Origin: Opitutaceae bacterium
GTDB taxonomy: Bacteria; Verrucomicrobiota; Verrucomicrobiia; Opitutales; Opitutaceae
NCBI GenBank assembly: GCA_017994935.1
Contig: JAGOJU010000016.1
Span: forward strand, 3,232 to 67,231
Length of the DNA stretch: 64,000 nucleotides
Reading direction: 5' to 3'
Shown here: in pieces, positions 9,749-22,159 of the stretch
Position numbering within the stretch: the stretch's first letter is position 1
Layout of the letters: every line of letters starts with the position of its first letter
The notes under the pieces: generated by a model
Seen by the model: the letters and a program-made list of their open reading frames with translations, nothing else
Databases searched by the model: none
Told to the model about the DNA's origin: nothing
Made by a program: the position numbers and the translations under genes

Positions 9749-12664
9749 TCAGAAGGTGAACCGATTGGTCAGGATCCATTCCCGCGGGTCGTTGAAGCGA
9801 TAGTTCAATGTTTCGCCTGCCGTGTTCTGGCGAAGGACCACGTAGCGGTCGTTGTCGAAGAGATTGTTGATGTTGAGCTGGATCGACCAGGTGACGCCTC
9901 GGCGCAGCAGGTTGAGTTTACGCCGGTAGCCGATATTGATATCAGCGAACACCTGGCGCGGCCCGTAGGCCACGACGGGGTCCGATGTCAGCGTGGCGGG
10001 TGACACGAAACGAACGATGGGACGGTCCGTCCATCGTGTGGCACCGCCAATACCAATGCCCTTTAGCGGCCCTTTGACGAAGTCAAATGATGTCCGGAAG
10101 TTCAGTTTCTGCGGAATCTGGCCGAGTGGACGTCTGCCGTCGGCGAGTGTGACATTGTTCAGGAGGGCGGTATCGATGACGTCGAGCTGTTCGGCAATCG
10201 TGTCAACGGTCGTGTTGCCGTCGCGCTCCTGCGGTGCGAGACCGACTCCCCGGCCGGGGAGGTAGAGCCTGCCGCGATTGCCCTCGGTCCAATAGCCGCG
10301 CTGCCTGGCAATATAGTTGACGAGTTCCGGAGCGATGTGAGTGCGGGCTGTCTTGGTGCGGGAATAGTTCAGGAATATCCGCCAACTCGGAGTAGGATTG
10401 GCGGTGAGATCGAGTTCGTAGCCCTGCGTGCGCGATGCAAACGTTGCTCCGGCCAGGACATCACGCGGGGAGATGATGGGAGCGTTGGTGAGGGGATCGG
10501 GGATTCCGTTTGCGGCAAGGGCATCCCAGATGCTGTTGACGCTTGCCTGGGAGACCGGCGGTGAGAAGTCGAAGTCGTTCGCGGCGGTCGTCTGGAAGTA
10601 CAGGGCCGAGACGAAGAGGCGCTTTTCAAAGAGATCGAGTTTGAAGCCAAAATCCTCACTCTTGCCTTCCGGCCGGGGCGGGCGCTGGTTGGGCCGCGTG
10701 CCGTCGGCGGAGGGAATCGATGATGTCGCATTGGGCAGGCCGCTGTTCTGCGCCTTGCTGAAGGTGAGTCCGAGCCATCGTGTGGCGTGAAAGACACCGC
10801 TGAAGGTGATGTTTTGGGCGGACGAATCCGAGCCGGCATGATCTCGAACAGGTGTGAGAATGCCGTTCGTGAACCCGGTGAGCGGGGTGCGGGCCAGAGT
10901 GGAGTTGTAGGCGGTTCGTTCGTCGCGGCTCATGCCTGCCACGGTGTTGATGCGTCCGCTCCAGAACGCGCTTTGCAGAAGGCCGATGGCGGTCGTGCCT
11001 TCGGTGGATGTGAACTGGGTCGAGTTGCCGAAGGGAAGCCAGGATGTCTGGTAGGTGCGGCCGCTCACCGGATCGGTGAGTCCGGAGGTTTCGGCAAGCC
11101 GCCAGTCGGCCAGCACGATGCTGTCGGATGGACCGTCGAGGTTGACGTAGGTGCGCCGCCAGATGCGGTTGTTGTTGTTTTCCGGGGTTACGAGGTTTGG
11201 TGCGTTGGAGGAGGTGACGAATTCCCGGAGTTGCACGCCGGTCATCTTGTCGAAATTGTATTCCACGACGCCCGCGAGTGTGTGGGTTCCGAAAATTTTC
11301 CCCAGACTGAATTTGTAGCTGCCGCTCGCTCTCACGGCGTCGGTCCGGGAGTCGCGGAAATTGCGCTGCGTCTGCGCCTCGAGATAGGCGCGGCCGACGT
11401 TGGGATTGGGCGCGCCTGTGGGGAGGGTCGGACCCGGGTCGGCACGCAGAAACTGGGAGATGTTCTGTTGCGCGTCGACGTTGAGAAAGTGATCGTCGAG
11501 TCGCATCGCCGCGACCTCAATGTTGAGGGCAGGTGTGAACGCGTGAGTGAGGAAGGCGGTCAGCCGGGTTGACTTGTTGTCCTGCCCCATGCCGTCGCCG
11601 AGGATGGCCGTCTCGCGCGGCAGGACGGAGAAGTCGGTGAGCGTCGGGTCACCCCCGACGACTCCGCGGGCGCTGGTGCGCATGGATGCGGACCTGTTCA
11701 TCAGCGTGTGCGAGTCGGAGTCGAAAACCAGCCAGGTGGTCGCGGCATTCGCGGTGCGCTCGATCGTGGGAACCGCGGTGGCTGAGACCGGTTTGCCCGC
11801 GGCGGCCCATGGAGTGTAGGCATCGAGCGCAGTGAAGGTGCGGTTCGCGCGACGATGGGAACGGCCCGTTTCGGCCTCGGCATTGATCTCGGTCTTTGGC
11901 GACAGCCGGAATTTCGCGGTGCCGAAGAAACGATCCTCGTCGCTGAACTGGTGGTTGCGCCATGAATTGGCCCGGCCACTGACCGCGGCGATGCGGAAGG
12001 CGAGGCGATCGCGGATGATGACGTGGTTGTGGTCGCCTTCGATCCTCGTGCCGCCGTAGGAACGAACCTGACCCGAAACGACGCTGCTGTTGGCATTGAG
12101 GCGGGCACGCTTGGTCGTCGCGTTGATGATGCCCCCGGGATTTCCGACGCCGAAAAGAATGGCGTTTGGTCCGCGCGCCTGGTCCACGCGCTCGAGACTG
12201 AAGGCGTTTCCACGACCGCCCGTCCGGAAAAAGTTGGTCGTCACCTCACCGCCGCCGAGCCCGCGCATGCGCAGCGGGCGCGCCGTGCCCGAAAACAGGC
12301 GGTTCTGCCCGCCGGCGTCCTCGCCGAAATCATACTCGGTGCTGAGCATGTAGCGCGCGAGTTCATCGGTGTCGGTGATTGCCGTATCGAGGAGGAATTG
12401 CTCGGTGAAGGAGGAGGTCGGGGACGCGATGTCCTTCAGGGCGGTCTTTATCCGGCTCCCGGTGAGCGCGCTCTGCGCCTGATAGCCGCGGTCCTCTCCC
12501 GCATCGACAACGAAAGGGGTGAGTTCAACGATCGCCTCCTCTTCGGACGGGATTTGTGCGGCTGATGAAGTCGTGCTGGGCGCCGGCTCCGCCGCGAACG
12601 CGAATGGAGCCGCACCGATCAAGGCGAACCGCAAGAGGGGGTGAAGAGCAGGGGCGTATTTCAT
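9749..12664 (-). CDS. TonB-dependent outer-membrane receptor
   Basis: Signal peptide MKYAPALHPLLRFALIGAAPFAFA. Plug-like N-terminal region. Long beta-barrel-type sequence ending in the aromatic terminus LTNRFTF. ATG 12664 has AGGAG 6 nt upstream. Confidence 0.85.
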   Translation of the reverse strand: MKYAPALHPLLRFALIGAAPFAFAAEPAPSTTSSAAQIPSEEEAIVELTPFVVDAGEDRGYQAQSALTGSRIKTALKDIASPTSSFTEQFLLDTAITDTDELARYMLSTEYDFGEDAGGQNRLFSGTARPLRMRGLGGGEVTTNFFRTGGRGNAFSLERVDQARGPNAILFGVGNPGGIINATTKRARLNANSSVVSGQVRSYGGTRIEGDHNHVIIRDRLAFRIAAVSGRANSWRNHQFSDEDRFFGTAKFRLSPKTEINAEAETGRSHRRANRTFTALDAYTPWAAAGKPVSATAVPTIERTANAATTWLVFDSDSHTLMNRSASMRTSARGVVGGDPTLTDFSVLPRETAILGDGMGQDNKSTRLTAFLTHAFTPALNIEVAAMRLDDHFLNVDAQQNISQFLRADPGPTLPTGAPNPNVGRAYLEAQTQRNFRDSRTDAVRASGSYKFSLGKIFGTHTLAGVVEYNFDKMTGVQLREFVTSSNAPNLVTPENNNNRIWRRTYVNLDGPSDSIVLADWRLAETSGLTDPVSGRTYQTSWLPFGNSTQFTSTEGTTAIGLLQSAFWSGRINTVAGMSRDERTAYNSTLARTPLTGFTNGILTPVRDHAGSDSSAQNITFSGVFHATRWLGLTFSKAQNSGLPNATSSIPSADGTRPNQRPPRPEGKSEDFGFKLDLFEKRLFVSALYFQTTAANDFDFSPPVSQASVNSIWDALAANGIPDPLTNAPIISPRDVLAGATFASRTQGYELDLTANPTPSWRIFLNYSRTKTARTHIAPELVNYIARQRGYWTEGNRGRLYLPGRGVGLAPQERDGNTTVDTIAEQLDVIDTALLNNVTLADGRRPLGQIPQKLNFRTSFDFVKGPLKGIGIGGATRWTDRPIVRFVSPATLTSDPVVAYGPRQVFADINIGYRRKLNLLRRGVTWSIQLNINNLFDNDRYVVLRQNTAGETLNYRFNDPREWILTNRFTF

Positions 12665-12752
12665 GAAAACTCCTGACAGACTGTCCTGGGGGCTGGGGTT
12701 GTCTGCGTTTGCCACCCCTCGCGGGGGGCGGTGCAGGTTCCACCGACAATAA

Positions 12753-12806
12753 CGGGGTCACGCGTTCACGTGAATCCCCGAAAACACGTGGGGCCGAAAA
12801 CGTGTC
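12753..12806. promoter_or_regulatory. Cluster of CACGTG-type palindromes and direct repeats upstream of the TonB-dependent receptor
   Basis: Perfect 10-bp palindrome TTCACGTGAA (12765-12774) flanked by cgggg/ccccg. A second CACGTG at 12785-12790. Direct repeat CGAAAAC at 12779-12785 and 12795-12801. Lies 90-140 nt upstream of the receptor ATG. Confidence 0.3.
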
Positions 12807-12842
12807 TCATCGACCCCTGGATCCCATGCGCGAATGGCTCGC

Positions 12843-14390
12843 TCAATTCCTGATGGTCAGAGGCGTGATCGTATTGCAGCCGCCGTTGTAGAAGCCGGCC
12901 GGACCGGGTGTCCTCACGAACTGCTTTTCACTATCGTCCGGTTTGCCGGGACCGTATCTGCCGGCATTGTTCATCCAGTCGCGTACATCGGGCCATCCAA
13001 AGTCGGGCACAGGCTTGCCATTGTTCTGGTATTTCGCCTCGGGTGGAGGTGTCGTCGAGGTGCTCCACACAATATTGTTCACACGGAGATTGTCGGGATC
13101 CTGCTGGTCTGCGGGGACGCACCCGAGGAAGTTGGCAATTCCGATGCCGGCATTGCCGTTGTCATTGATTCCAGGAGTCGCCATTCCGCTGATAGAGGGG
13201 GCTTCCGGATGCCTGCCCCAGATCGGCTGAGGCGTGATCAGGGGATCCATGTCGCGGGGATTCATCCGGGACATGTCCACATTGTTCTTGGCCGCGTGAA
13301 CGTAGGGATTCCAGTAGTTCAGGTGGTACACATGCAAGGACATCGGGAGGATGTCCCGCACCTTTCTCATCTCCACATAGCATCGGTAAAGGGCTCCCCG
13401 CGCGGGTCCCTGGGATGCCGGCGGACCAGGTTCACGCGGGAATGTGTCGGGCCCGCAGATGCCCCCGCCGCCCGGAAGGCCGGGCAGCCCGGGCAGTTGG
13501 CTCGCGGGTTCCGGATGGGTGGGCTTGTTCAAGAGATGAGCGATGATCGTCGTCACCTCACGGGTCGGTGAATTGATCATCTGCCAGAACAGCCGGTGTG
13601 GTGTGGCGCTGCGGACATCGAAGTCGCGCAGCCTTCCCGGCGCCCATTTCCATTGTCCATCCCGTGGGTCAAGCTCGCGTCCGGCCAGCCAGAGGTGGAA
13701 TCTTTTCAGATTGTAGATCCATTTCTCCCGGGTGACCGGAGTCCAGTACGTGCTGGTCCCGACTTCGTGTTCCTGAATGACGAATCCGTAGAATCCACTG
13801 ACGGCCTCCGGGGATTTCTGCAGTTCCGAGATGACCTTTTGATACAGGGCTTGGAGGAATCCGAGAACGACATCCTGGTCCAGTTTGATGTTCGCTGTTT
13901 CCCCGCGTTTGCCCGTGGCATATTTCCCGTCGTTGGCGGTGAGGAATGCCGGCAGCGTGGTGAACTTGTGGGCGATCATGACCCTCAGTTTCAGTCCGGC
14001 CCTTTCACAGGCGATCGCCTCCTGGACAATGCGACCGATTCCGTTTCCAGGGTTCCCGGGCGTGCCCACCTTGAAGGGCCCGGGGGTGTTTCCGCTCCCG
14101 CTTCCCTGAAGTTCGCTCCAGGAGTAGTCGCGTTCGATGAAACGCATCCATGATCCCGTTGCCTTGCAATCCTTGATGAGACTCTCGATCGAAACATGTC
14201 GCACGCCTGAAGTCCGGTCGGTGAGCCCGTGTCCGGGCATGAACAAATAGTCCGACTGCGCGCTGGACGCGGGCTGGGCGAGAGGCATCAGCAGGCAGAG
14301 GGCGCCCAAAATGCCTGATGCGAACCGGAATCGGAGCGAACCGTGCAGGCTGGCGGCACCGGTGGATCGGAGGAAACGGGGAATCTTCAT
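12843..14390 (-). CDS. Secreted hypothetical protein, 515 aa, possibly a glycoside-hydrolase-like TIM-barrel protein
   Basis: Signal peptide MKIPRFL...LLMPLAQPASSA. The N-terminal half resembles GH42/DUF4874-style barrels (RDYSWSELQGSG..., AGLKLRVMIAHKF). Internal Gly/Pro stretch PGLPGLPGGGG. ATG at 14390; the upstream in-frame extension is not protein-like. The family call is weak. Confidence 0.5.
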   Translation of the reverse strand: MKIPRFLRSTGAASLHGSLRFRFASGILGALCLLMPLAQPASSAQSDYLFMPGHGLTDRTSGVRHVSIESLIKDCKATGSWMRFIERDYSWSELQGSGSGNTPGPFKVGTPGNPGNGIGRIVQEAIACERAGLKLRVMIAHKFTTLPAFLTANDGKYATGKRGETANIKLDQDVVLGFLQALYQKVISELQKSPEAVSGFYGFVIQEHEVGTSTYWTPVTREKWIYNLKRFHLWLAGRELDPRDGQWKWAPGRLRDFDVRSATPHRLFWQMINSPTREVTTIIAHLLNKPTHPEPASQLPGLPGLPGGGGICGPDTFPREPGPPASQGPARGALYRCYVEMRKVRDILPMSLHVYHLNYWNPYVHAAKNNVDMSRMNPRDMDPLITPQPIWGRHPEAPSISGMATPGINDNGNAGIGIANFLGCVPADQQDPDNLRVNNIVWSTSTTPPPEAKYQNNGKPVPDFGWPDVRDWMNNAGRYGPGKPDDSEKQFVRTPGPAGFYNGGCNTITPLTIRN

Positions 14391-14921
14391 GGACGCGGTG
14401 GTCGTATCCGTTTCATCGGAATGGCAGGCCGGACTTCCGCACTCCGCAGAGCGGCGTGATGCGAGCGAGGCTTTCATTTCGGGAGGATAGGATTTGAGCA
14501 ACGTGTCCCTTCGCGTAGCGCGGGGAGGGGCGATGTTGCCTTGGAGGTGTTGGTGGTTGCGGAGCGACCTGAACGCGCATCCTCGCCTGCCGAGTGAAGT
14601 TCGGCGGAATCCGACCGGGGCCGGATTCATGCGAAGACACGCCTCGCGATATTAGGGATCAGAGCGGAGGCAACAATCCACGGAAACGCGTGGGGCACGC
14701 ACCGACCCTGCGCAAAGGAGCTTCCCTGCCGGGAAATGATGTTGCCGCCCGGGGCTGCGATCCTTGCAGCCCGGCAGGCATGTGCCATTCGCTCAGGGGG
14801 CAAATGCGAGCGAAGGGCACCCGGGGTGGTTTCGCCACCCGGTGGACTGTCCGGGTGACCTTCTGATTTGGATCGACGACGGCGTCACTTTGCGGAGGTT
14901 TGTTCCACCTCGATCCCTCCG

Positions 14922-16166
14922 ATGACTTCCTCTACCGGTTCCCAGATTGGCCGCTATGCGTGGATGGTGGTGGCGCTTTTGTTTCCTGTCGCGCTGCTCA
15001 ACTACCTGGATCGCCAGATGCTGGCGACGATGAAGGGATCGATGGTGGATGACATCCCGAGCATCGCGAACAAGGCGGACTGGGGATTGGTGCTGGGATG
15101 CTTCAAGTGGACCTATGCGGTGCTCAGTCCGTTCGGCGGATATGTGGCTGACCGCTTCAGCAAACGCTGGGTAATCTGCGGCAGTCTTTTCCTGTGGTCG
15201 TTGGTTACGTGGTGGACGGGGCACGTGACCACCTTTCACGAGCTCGTCCTGGTGCGCTCCCTGATGGGAATCAGTGAAGCCTTCTACATCCCTGCGGCGC
15301 TGGCTCTGATAACCGAGTTTCATTTCGGCAGCACGAAATCAAGGGCGGTGGGTGTGCACCAGGCCGGCATCTATATCGGGCAGATACTCGGCGGCTTCGC
15401 GGGTTACATTGCTTCCTCGCCGGATCATGGCTGGCGCTGGGCCTTCAGCACCTGCGGCATGATTGGAGTCATCTACGCGCTGCCGCTACTTGCGGCACTG
15501 CGAGATCCGGCGAAGCCTGTGGAACAGGCCGCGGCATCGCAAGCTGCGCGCGGTGGCGTTATGCGCGGGCTGCTTGGCAACCGGAACTTCCTCCTGCTGG
15601 TACTCTATTTCACGCTGCCCGCGATCGCCGGCTGGGTAGTGCGTGACTGGATGCCCGAGATCCTGCGGGAGAAGTTCAATCTGGGACAGGGCAAGGCGGG
15701 TGTCAGCGCAATCCTCTATGTGCAGATTGCATCGATCATTGGAGTGATCCTGGGTGGCTCGTTGGCGGACCGCTGGATGAGGACGACGAACCGGGGAAGG
15801 ATTTTCACGAGCGCCATCGGCATGGTGATGTTTCTACCGGCCCTTTTCAGCGTGGGCCATGCATCGACCCTGACCGTGGCCGTGATCGGCCTGGCGATTT
15901 TCGGACTCGGCTGGGGCTTTTTCGACTGCAACAACATGCCCATCCTCTCACAGATCGCCCGGCCGGAGTGGCGGGCGACAGGCTACGGAATCATGAATCT
16001 TGTCAGCATCAGCTGCGGTGGGTTCGGGGACTGGGCATTTGGTGCGCTGCGGGACCGCCATGTGCCGCTCGACCTGATCTTCGGCGCGTTTGCCGGGGTT
16101 GCACTTCTGTCCGTTGTGGTCGTGATGCTCATCAAGGTGGACGCCGCATCCGACCGACGGGGCTAG
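14922..16166 (+). CDS. MFS transporter
   Basis: About 12 hydrophobic segments by eye. MFS motif-A-like GGYVADRFSKRW. ATG at 14922. Confidence 0.85.
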   Translation: MTSSTGSQIGRYAWMVVALLFPVALLNYLDRQMLATMKGSMVDDIPSIANKADWGLVLGCFKWTYAVLSPFGGYVADRFSKRWVICGSLFLWSLVTWWTGHVTTFHELVLVRSLMGISEAFYIPAALALITEFHFGSTKSRAVGVHQAGIYIGQILGGFAGYIASSPDHGWRWAFSTCGMIGVIYALPLLAALRDPAKPVEQAAASQAARGGVMRGLLGNRNFLLLVLYFTLPAIAGWVVRDWMPEILREKFNLGQGKAGVSAILYVQIASIIGVILGGSLADRWMRTTNRGRIFTSAIGMVMFLPALFSVGHASTLTVAVIGLAIFGLGWGFFDCNNMPILSQIARPEWRATGYGIMNLVSISCGGFGDWAFGALRDRHVPLDLIFGAFAGVALLSVVVVMLIKVDAASDRRG

Positions 16167-16173
16167 CAGCGCG

Positions 16174-16896
16174 TCACCGCAACGGCGGCAGCACGGATTT
16201 CTCTGCCTCGACAAGGGCGTTGTAGGCATCCTCCGGCGAGGAGGCTTCATCCAGACGTGCAATGATGTCGGTCTTCATCATCAGCACACACAGGCGTGCC
16301 AGCGTATGCAGGTGCAGGCGGTCGTCCTGACAGCAGATCAGGATGAAAAGATGCGTATGATGGCCATCGGGTGCGCTGAAAGGCACCCCTTGGATGGTGC
16401 GTCCGAGTACGAGGAAGGAACCTTCATAACGATAGGGTTCGTGATTGCGTGGATGGGGCAGGGCAACCCCTCCGGGCAGCGCCGTCGAACACAGTTGCTC
16501 ACGTTCCACAATGCTGGTCAGCAGTTCCCGCGGATCGAGAAGGCGGTCGGTCTTTTCCGCGAGCGCCACGATGTCGCGCAGAACGGATGCCGAGGTCTTC
16601 GAGGTGAGCTTGAGATCGATGTAGCGCGGGTGCAGCAGTTCAGGGATGAGCGCGGCCTGGGGAAGGACGTCGGCGGTACCGCGGGTTGATTTCTCGTGAT
16701 AGATGTCGAGGCGCTTCTCCGGAAGCTGAAGGATGCGTTGGGATGCCCAGGCATCAATGGCCGAACGACGGAAGATGAGCCGGCCTCCCCGCCTCTCGTG
16801 GGGAAGATCGGCTTCTCGCATCAGGCGTTCGACATCGCCGTTGGCGAGGTGAAGGTAGTCACGCAGTTCTTCGATATTGAAGGTGCGATGCGACAT
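16174..16896 (-). CDS. HTH (excisionase/MerR-like) fused to a PTS EIIA type-2 (PtsN-like) domain
   Basis: The N-terminus FNIEELRDYLHLANGDVERLMREADLPHERRGGRLIFRRSAIDAWA matches the HTH_17 pattern. The C-terminal domain has the EIIA-2 active-site region GGVALPHPR. ATG at 16896. Confidence 0.7.
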   Translation of the reverse strand: MSHRTFNIEELRDYLHLANGDVERLMREADLPHERRGGRLIFRRSAIDAWASQRILQLPEKRLDIYHEKSTRGTADVLPQAALIPELLHPRYIDLKLTSKTSASVLRDIVALAEKTDRLLDPRELLTSIVEREQLCSTALPGGVALPHPRNHEPYRYEGSFLVLGRTIQGVPFSAPDGHHTHLFILICCQDDRLHLHTLARLCVLMMKTDIIARLDEASSPEDAYNALVEAEKSVLPPLR

Positions 16897-16935
16897 GGCG
16901 GCCCATCCTGAAGGGCCGGATGTGGATTGCCAATC

Positions 16936-19495
<2,560 letters not shown>

Positions 19496-19557
19496 CGGAC
19501 GAACCCGCGTCGCGGCGATTCAAGGGATGATTCCGTGGAGGCAGGTGCGGCGCCGGC

Positions 19558-19899
19558 CTATCCTGGAGGCCATCCCATGGGTCGGCCACCCAGCAGGTGG
19601 ACATGCAGGTGCGGCACGCTTTCCCCTCCCTCGGGTCCGTTGTTGATGACAATCCGGTAGCCCTTGTCGAGATGGAGCGTTCTGGCCAGACTGCTGGCGG
19701 TGAGCAGCAGGTGTCCGAGGAGCATCTGGCCATCAGGTGTCACCTCGGAAATCCGCGGGAACGGGGACTTTGGAATGACGAGGAGGTGCACGGGTGCCTG
19801 TGGGGCGATGTCGTGGATGGCGATGCAGTTTGCGTCTTCGTGCGCAATTCGTGCCGGAATCTCGCGGTCGATGATCTTCTGAAAAAGGGTCTTTGCCAT
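19558..19899 (-). CDS. HIT family (histidine triad) protein
   Basis: HxHxHxx motif HLHVHLLGG. Typical HinT-like length (113 aa). Confidence 0.9.
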   Translation of the reverse strand: MAKTLFQKIIDREIPARIAHEDANCIAIHDIAPQAPVHLLVIPKSPFPRISEVTPDGQMLLGHLLLTASSLARTLHLDKGYRIVINNGPEGGESVPHLHVHLLGGRPMGWPPG

Positions 19900-19982
19900 G
19901 AGAAGGTTCTAGCGCCGTCCCGCCTTGTTTCGAGGCGAAACCTTTCCAGTGAGGCACGCGCGGGGCGTGCCAGCCGCTCCGC

Positions 19983-20489
19983 TCAAAGAAAAAGAAGATT
20001 CAGGGTGGCTGTTCTCGGTGTTCGTGCGGCTGCGAGTGAACGGATGAAGAGAACCGCTTCCTGGTAATCGCGTTTGCGCCGCGGTGTTTGACGCCCCTTC
20101 GCAGGCATCAGCGCGGGGCGGAGGTTTGTGATCAGAAGCGTGGCCTCCCGGTAGCGCGCGAGGCGTCTGAGGCCGGTCATGATTTCCGCACGGGTGAAGA
20201 GCGGCGTGGCCGATACCAGCGTGGTGGAGGCGTCCCAATGATAGAATCCATGACCGGGGTTCTCCCCGAAGAACCGCGCGAGGAGGTCGGCGGCGGCGGC
20301 GGTAAAGGCCGTGTCATAGAGCAACGCAGAATCGGGATCGGCACGTGTCCTCAGCTCCAGTTCGGCGAGACTGAAGGCGATCGCATCCTTGATCTGCCTT
20401 GCCAGATAGAGATCGTGGCCCGTGACGTTCGCGAAGAGTGCGTCGATGAAATGCAGGCGACGCAGGTCGTCGGGGGGAGTGGATCTCAC
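19983..20489 (-). CDS. Hypothetical protein, 168 aa
   Basis: GTG-initiated ORF between nrdR and the HIT gene on the same strand. The first ~110 aa look protein-like (LHFIDALFANVTGHDLYLARQIKDAIAFSLAELELR). The Arg-rich tail is less convincing. Confidence 0.4.
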   Translation of the reverse strand: MRSTPPDDLRRLHFIDALFANVTGHDLYLARQIKDAIAFSLAELELRTRADPDSALLYDTAFTAAAADLLARFFGENPGHGFYHWDASTTLVSATPLFTRAEIMTGLRRLARYREATLLITNLRPALMPAKGRQTPRRKRDYQEAVLFIRSLAAARTPRTATLNLLFL

Positions 20490-20558
20490 GTAGGTGACAG
20501 GCGGACTGCTTGGCGGGGACCTGCGCCTCCGTGGAAGAGGCGTGAGTAGAGGCCCTTG

Positions 20559-21044
20559 TCAGTCGGCGGATTCCGGAGGTTCGCCGGCCTGTGTGCGCTG
20601 GTGGAGCAGGCTGATTTCATCGACAAACTCCCCCACATCGCGGAACTCCTTGTACACGCTGGCGAACCGTACATAGGCGACCTGGTCGATCTTGCGAAGA
20701 CGCTGCATGATGCCATCGCCGATGGCCTGCGAAGGGACCTCGCTGTCAAACCTGGCCTCCATGGCGTCGAGCACATCGTCGATCAGCATGGAAATCTGCT
20801 CCGCATCGATCGGACGCTTGTGACATGCCGCCCGCACCGCCCGCACCAGCTTGTCGCGATCGAAATCCTCGCGACGGCCATCGCGTTTCAGCACGACCAT
20901 GCCGTCGCGCACGTGTGTCTCCGTCGTGGTGAAGCGGTGTCCGCATTCAAGACATTCGCGCCGGCGCCGGATGGTGGAGCCCTCGCGACCGATTCGCGAG
21001 TCGATCACCTTGTCTTCGATTGAGGTGCACTTGGGGCAACGCAT
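20559..21044 (-). CDS. nrdR: Transcriptional repressor NrdR
   Basis: N-terminal zinc ribbon MRCPKC...CLECGHRFTTTE followed by an ATP-cone. Confidence 0.95.
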   Translation of the reverse strand: MRCPKCTSIEDKVIDSRIGREGSTIRRRRECLECGHRFTTTETHVRDGMVVLKRDGRREDFDRDKLVRAVRAACHKRPIDAEQISMLIDDVLDAMEARFDSEVPSQAIGDGIMQRLRKIDQVAYVRFASVYKEFRDVGEFVDEISLLHQRTQAGEPPESAD

Positions 21045-21067
21045 GTTTGTCGTGTGACTCCCCCGAA

Positions 21068-21634
<567 letters not shown>

Positions 21635-21832
21635 GGCAGTCGGGGTTCGATACCACTTGCTGTGACGCCGGTCAAGCTGACCGAGAAGGACGGAATCACC
21701 AAAACGCAAACGAGTATACCAGACCAAGCCTGTGCGCACAGGGTTGCGGCCTGATGCGCGCGGTTGCATTTCGTTCCGGGACGCTTTGCCTTGAAATGTC
21801 CACTGTCCGCTGACGATCTTCCGAAACCCAGC

Positions 21833-22150
21833 ATGTCGATCAAACGCGATCCCCGACCTTCCGTTTCTGCCTTGCCGCCCGGTTCAGGTGCTGCCGTGGT
21901 CGACACGGGTTTCATCCCGGTTCGTGCCAAGCTTCTGGAGGTTGCGGCCTTTCTGGACCGGGTCGAACGGCATTCGGTGGCGGACGATTTTCGTTGCGAG
22001 GCCCTGAGGGAGGCTGCGCGGCTGCTGGTTGACGGGAGGCCTGAGCGTGCGCGGCGCATCCTGGAAAAACTGAGCGATCCGACCACGGAACCGGAGGCAA
22101 TCTCATCCGGCAAGGCGGCGCTGGGGGCCTGGCGTCCCGTGCACAAATAG
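21833..22150 (+). CDS. Small hypothetical protein at the eboA position of the ebo-type cluster
   Basis: ATG 21833, 105 aa (…[27 protein letters not shown]…). Ends 9 nt before the TatD-like gene. Homology to EboA not verified. Confidence 0.45.
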   Translation: MSIKRDPRPSVSALPPGSGAAVVDTGFIPVRAKLLEVAAFLDRVERHSVADDFRCEALREAARLLVDGRPERARRILEKLSDPTTEPEAISSGKAALGAWRPVHK

Positions 22151-22159
22151 GAAATTGCC

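Noticed and set aside
14391-14630. 80-codon upstream extension of the 515-aa secreted protein ORF
   Set aside because: The extension is Arg/Ser-rich and precedes a textbook signal peptide that begins at ATG 14390.
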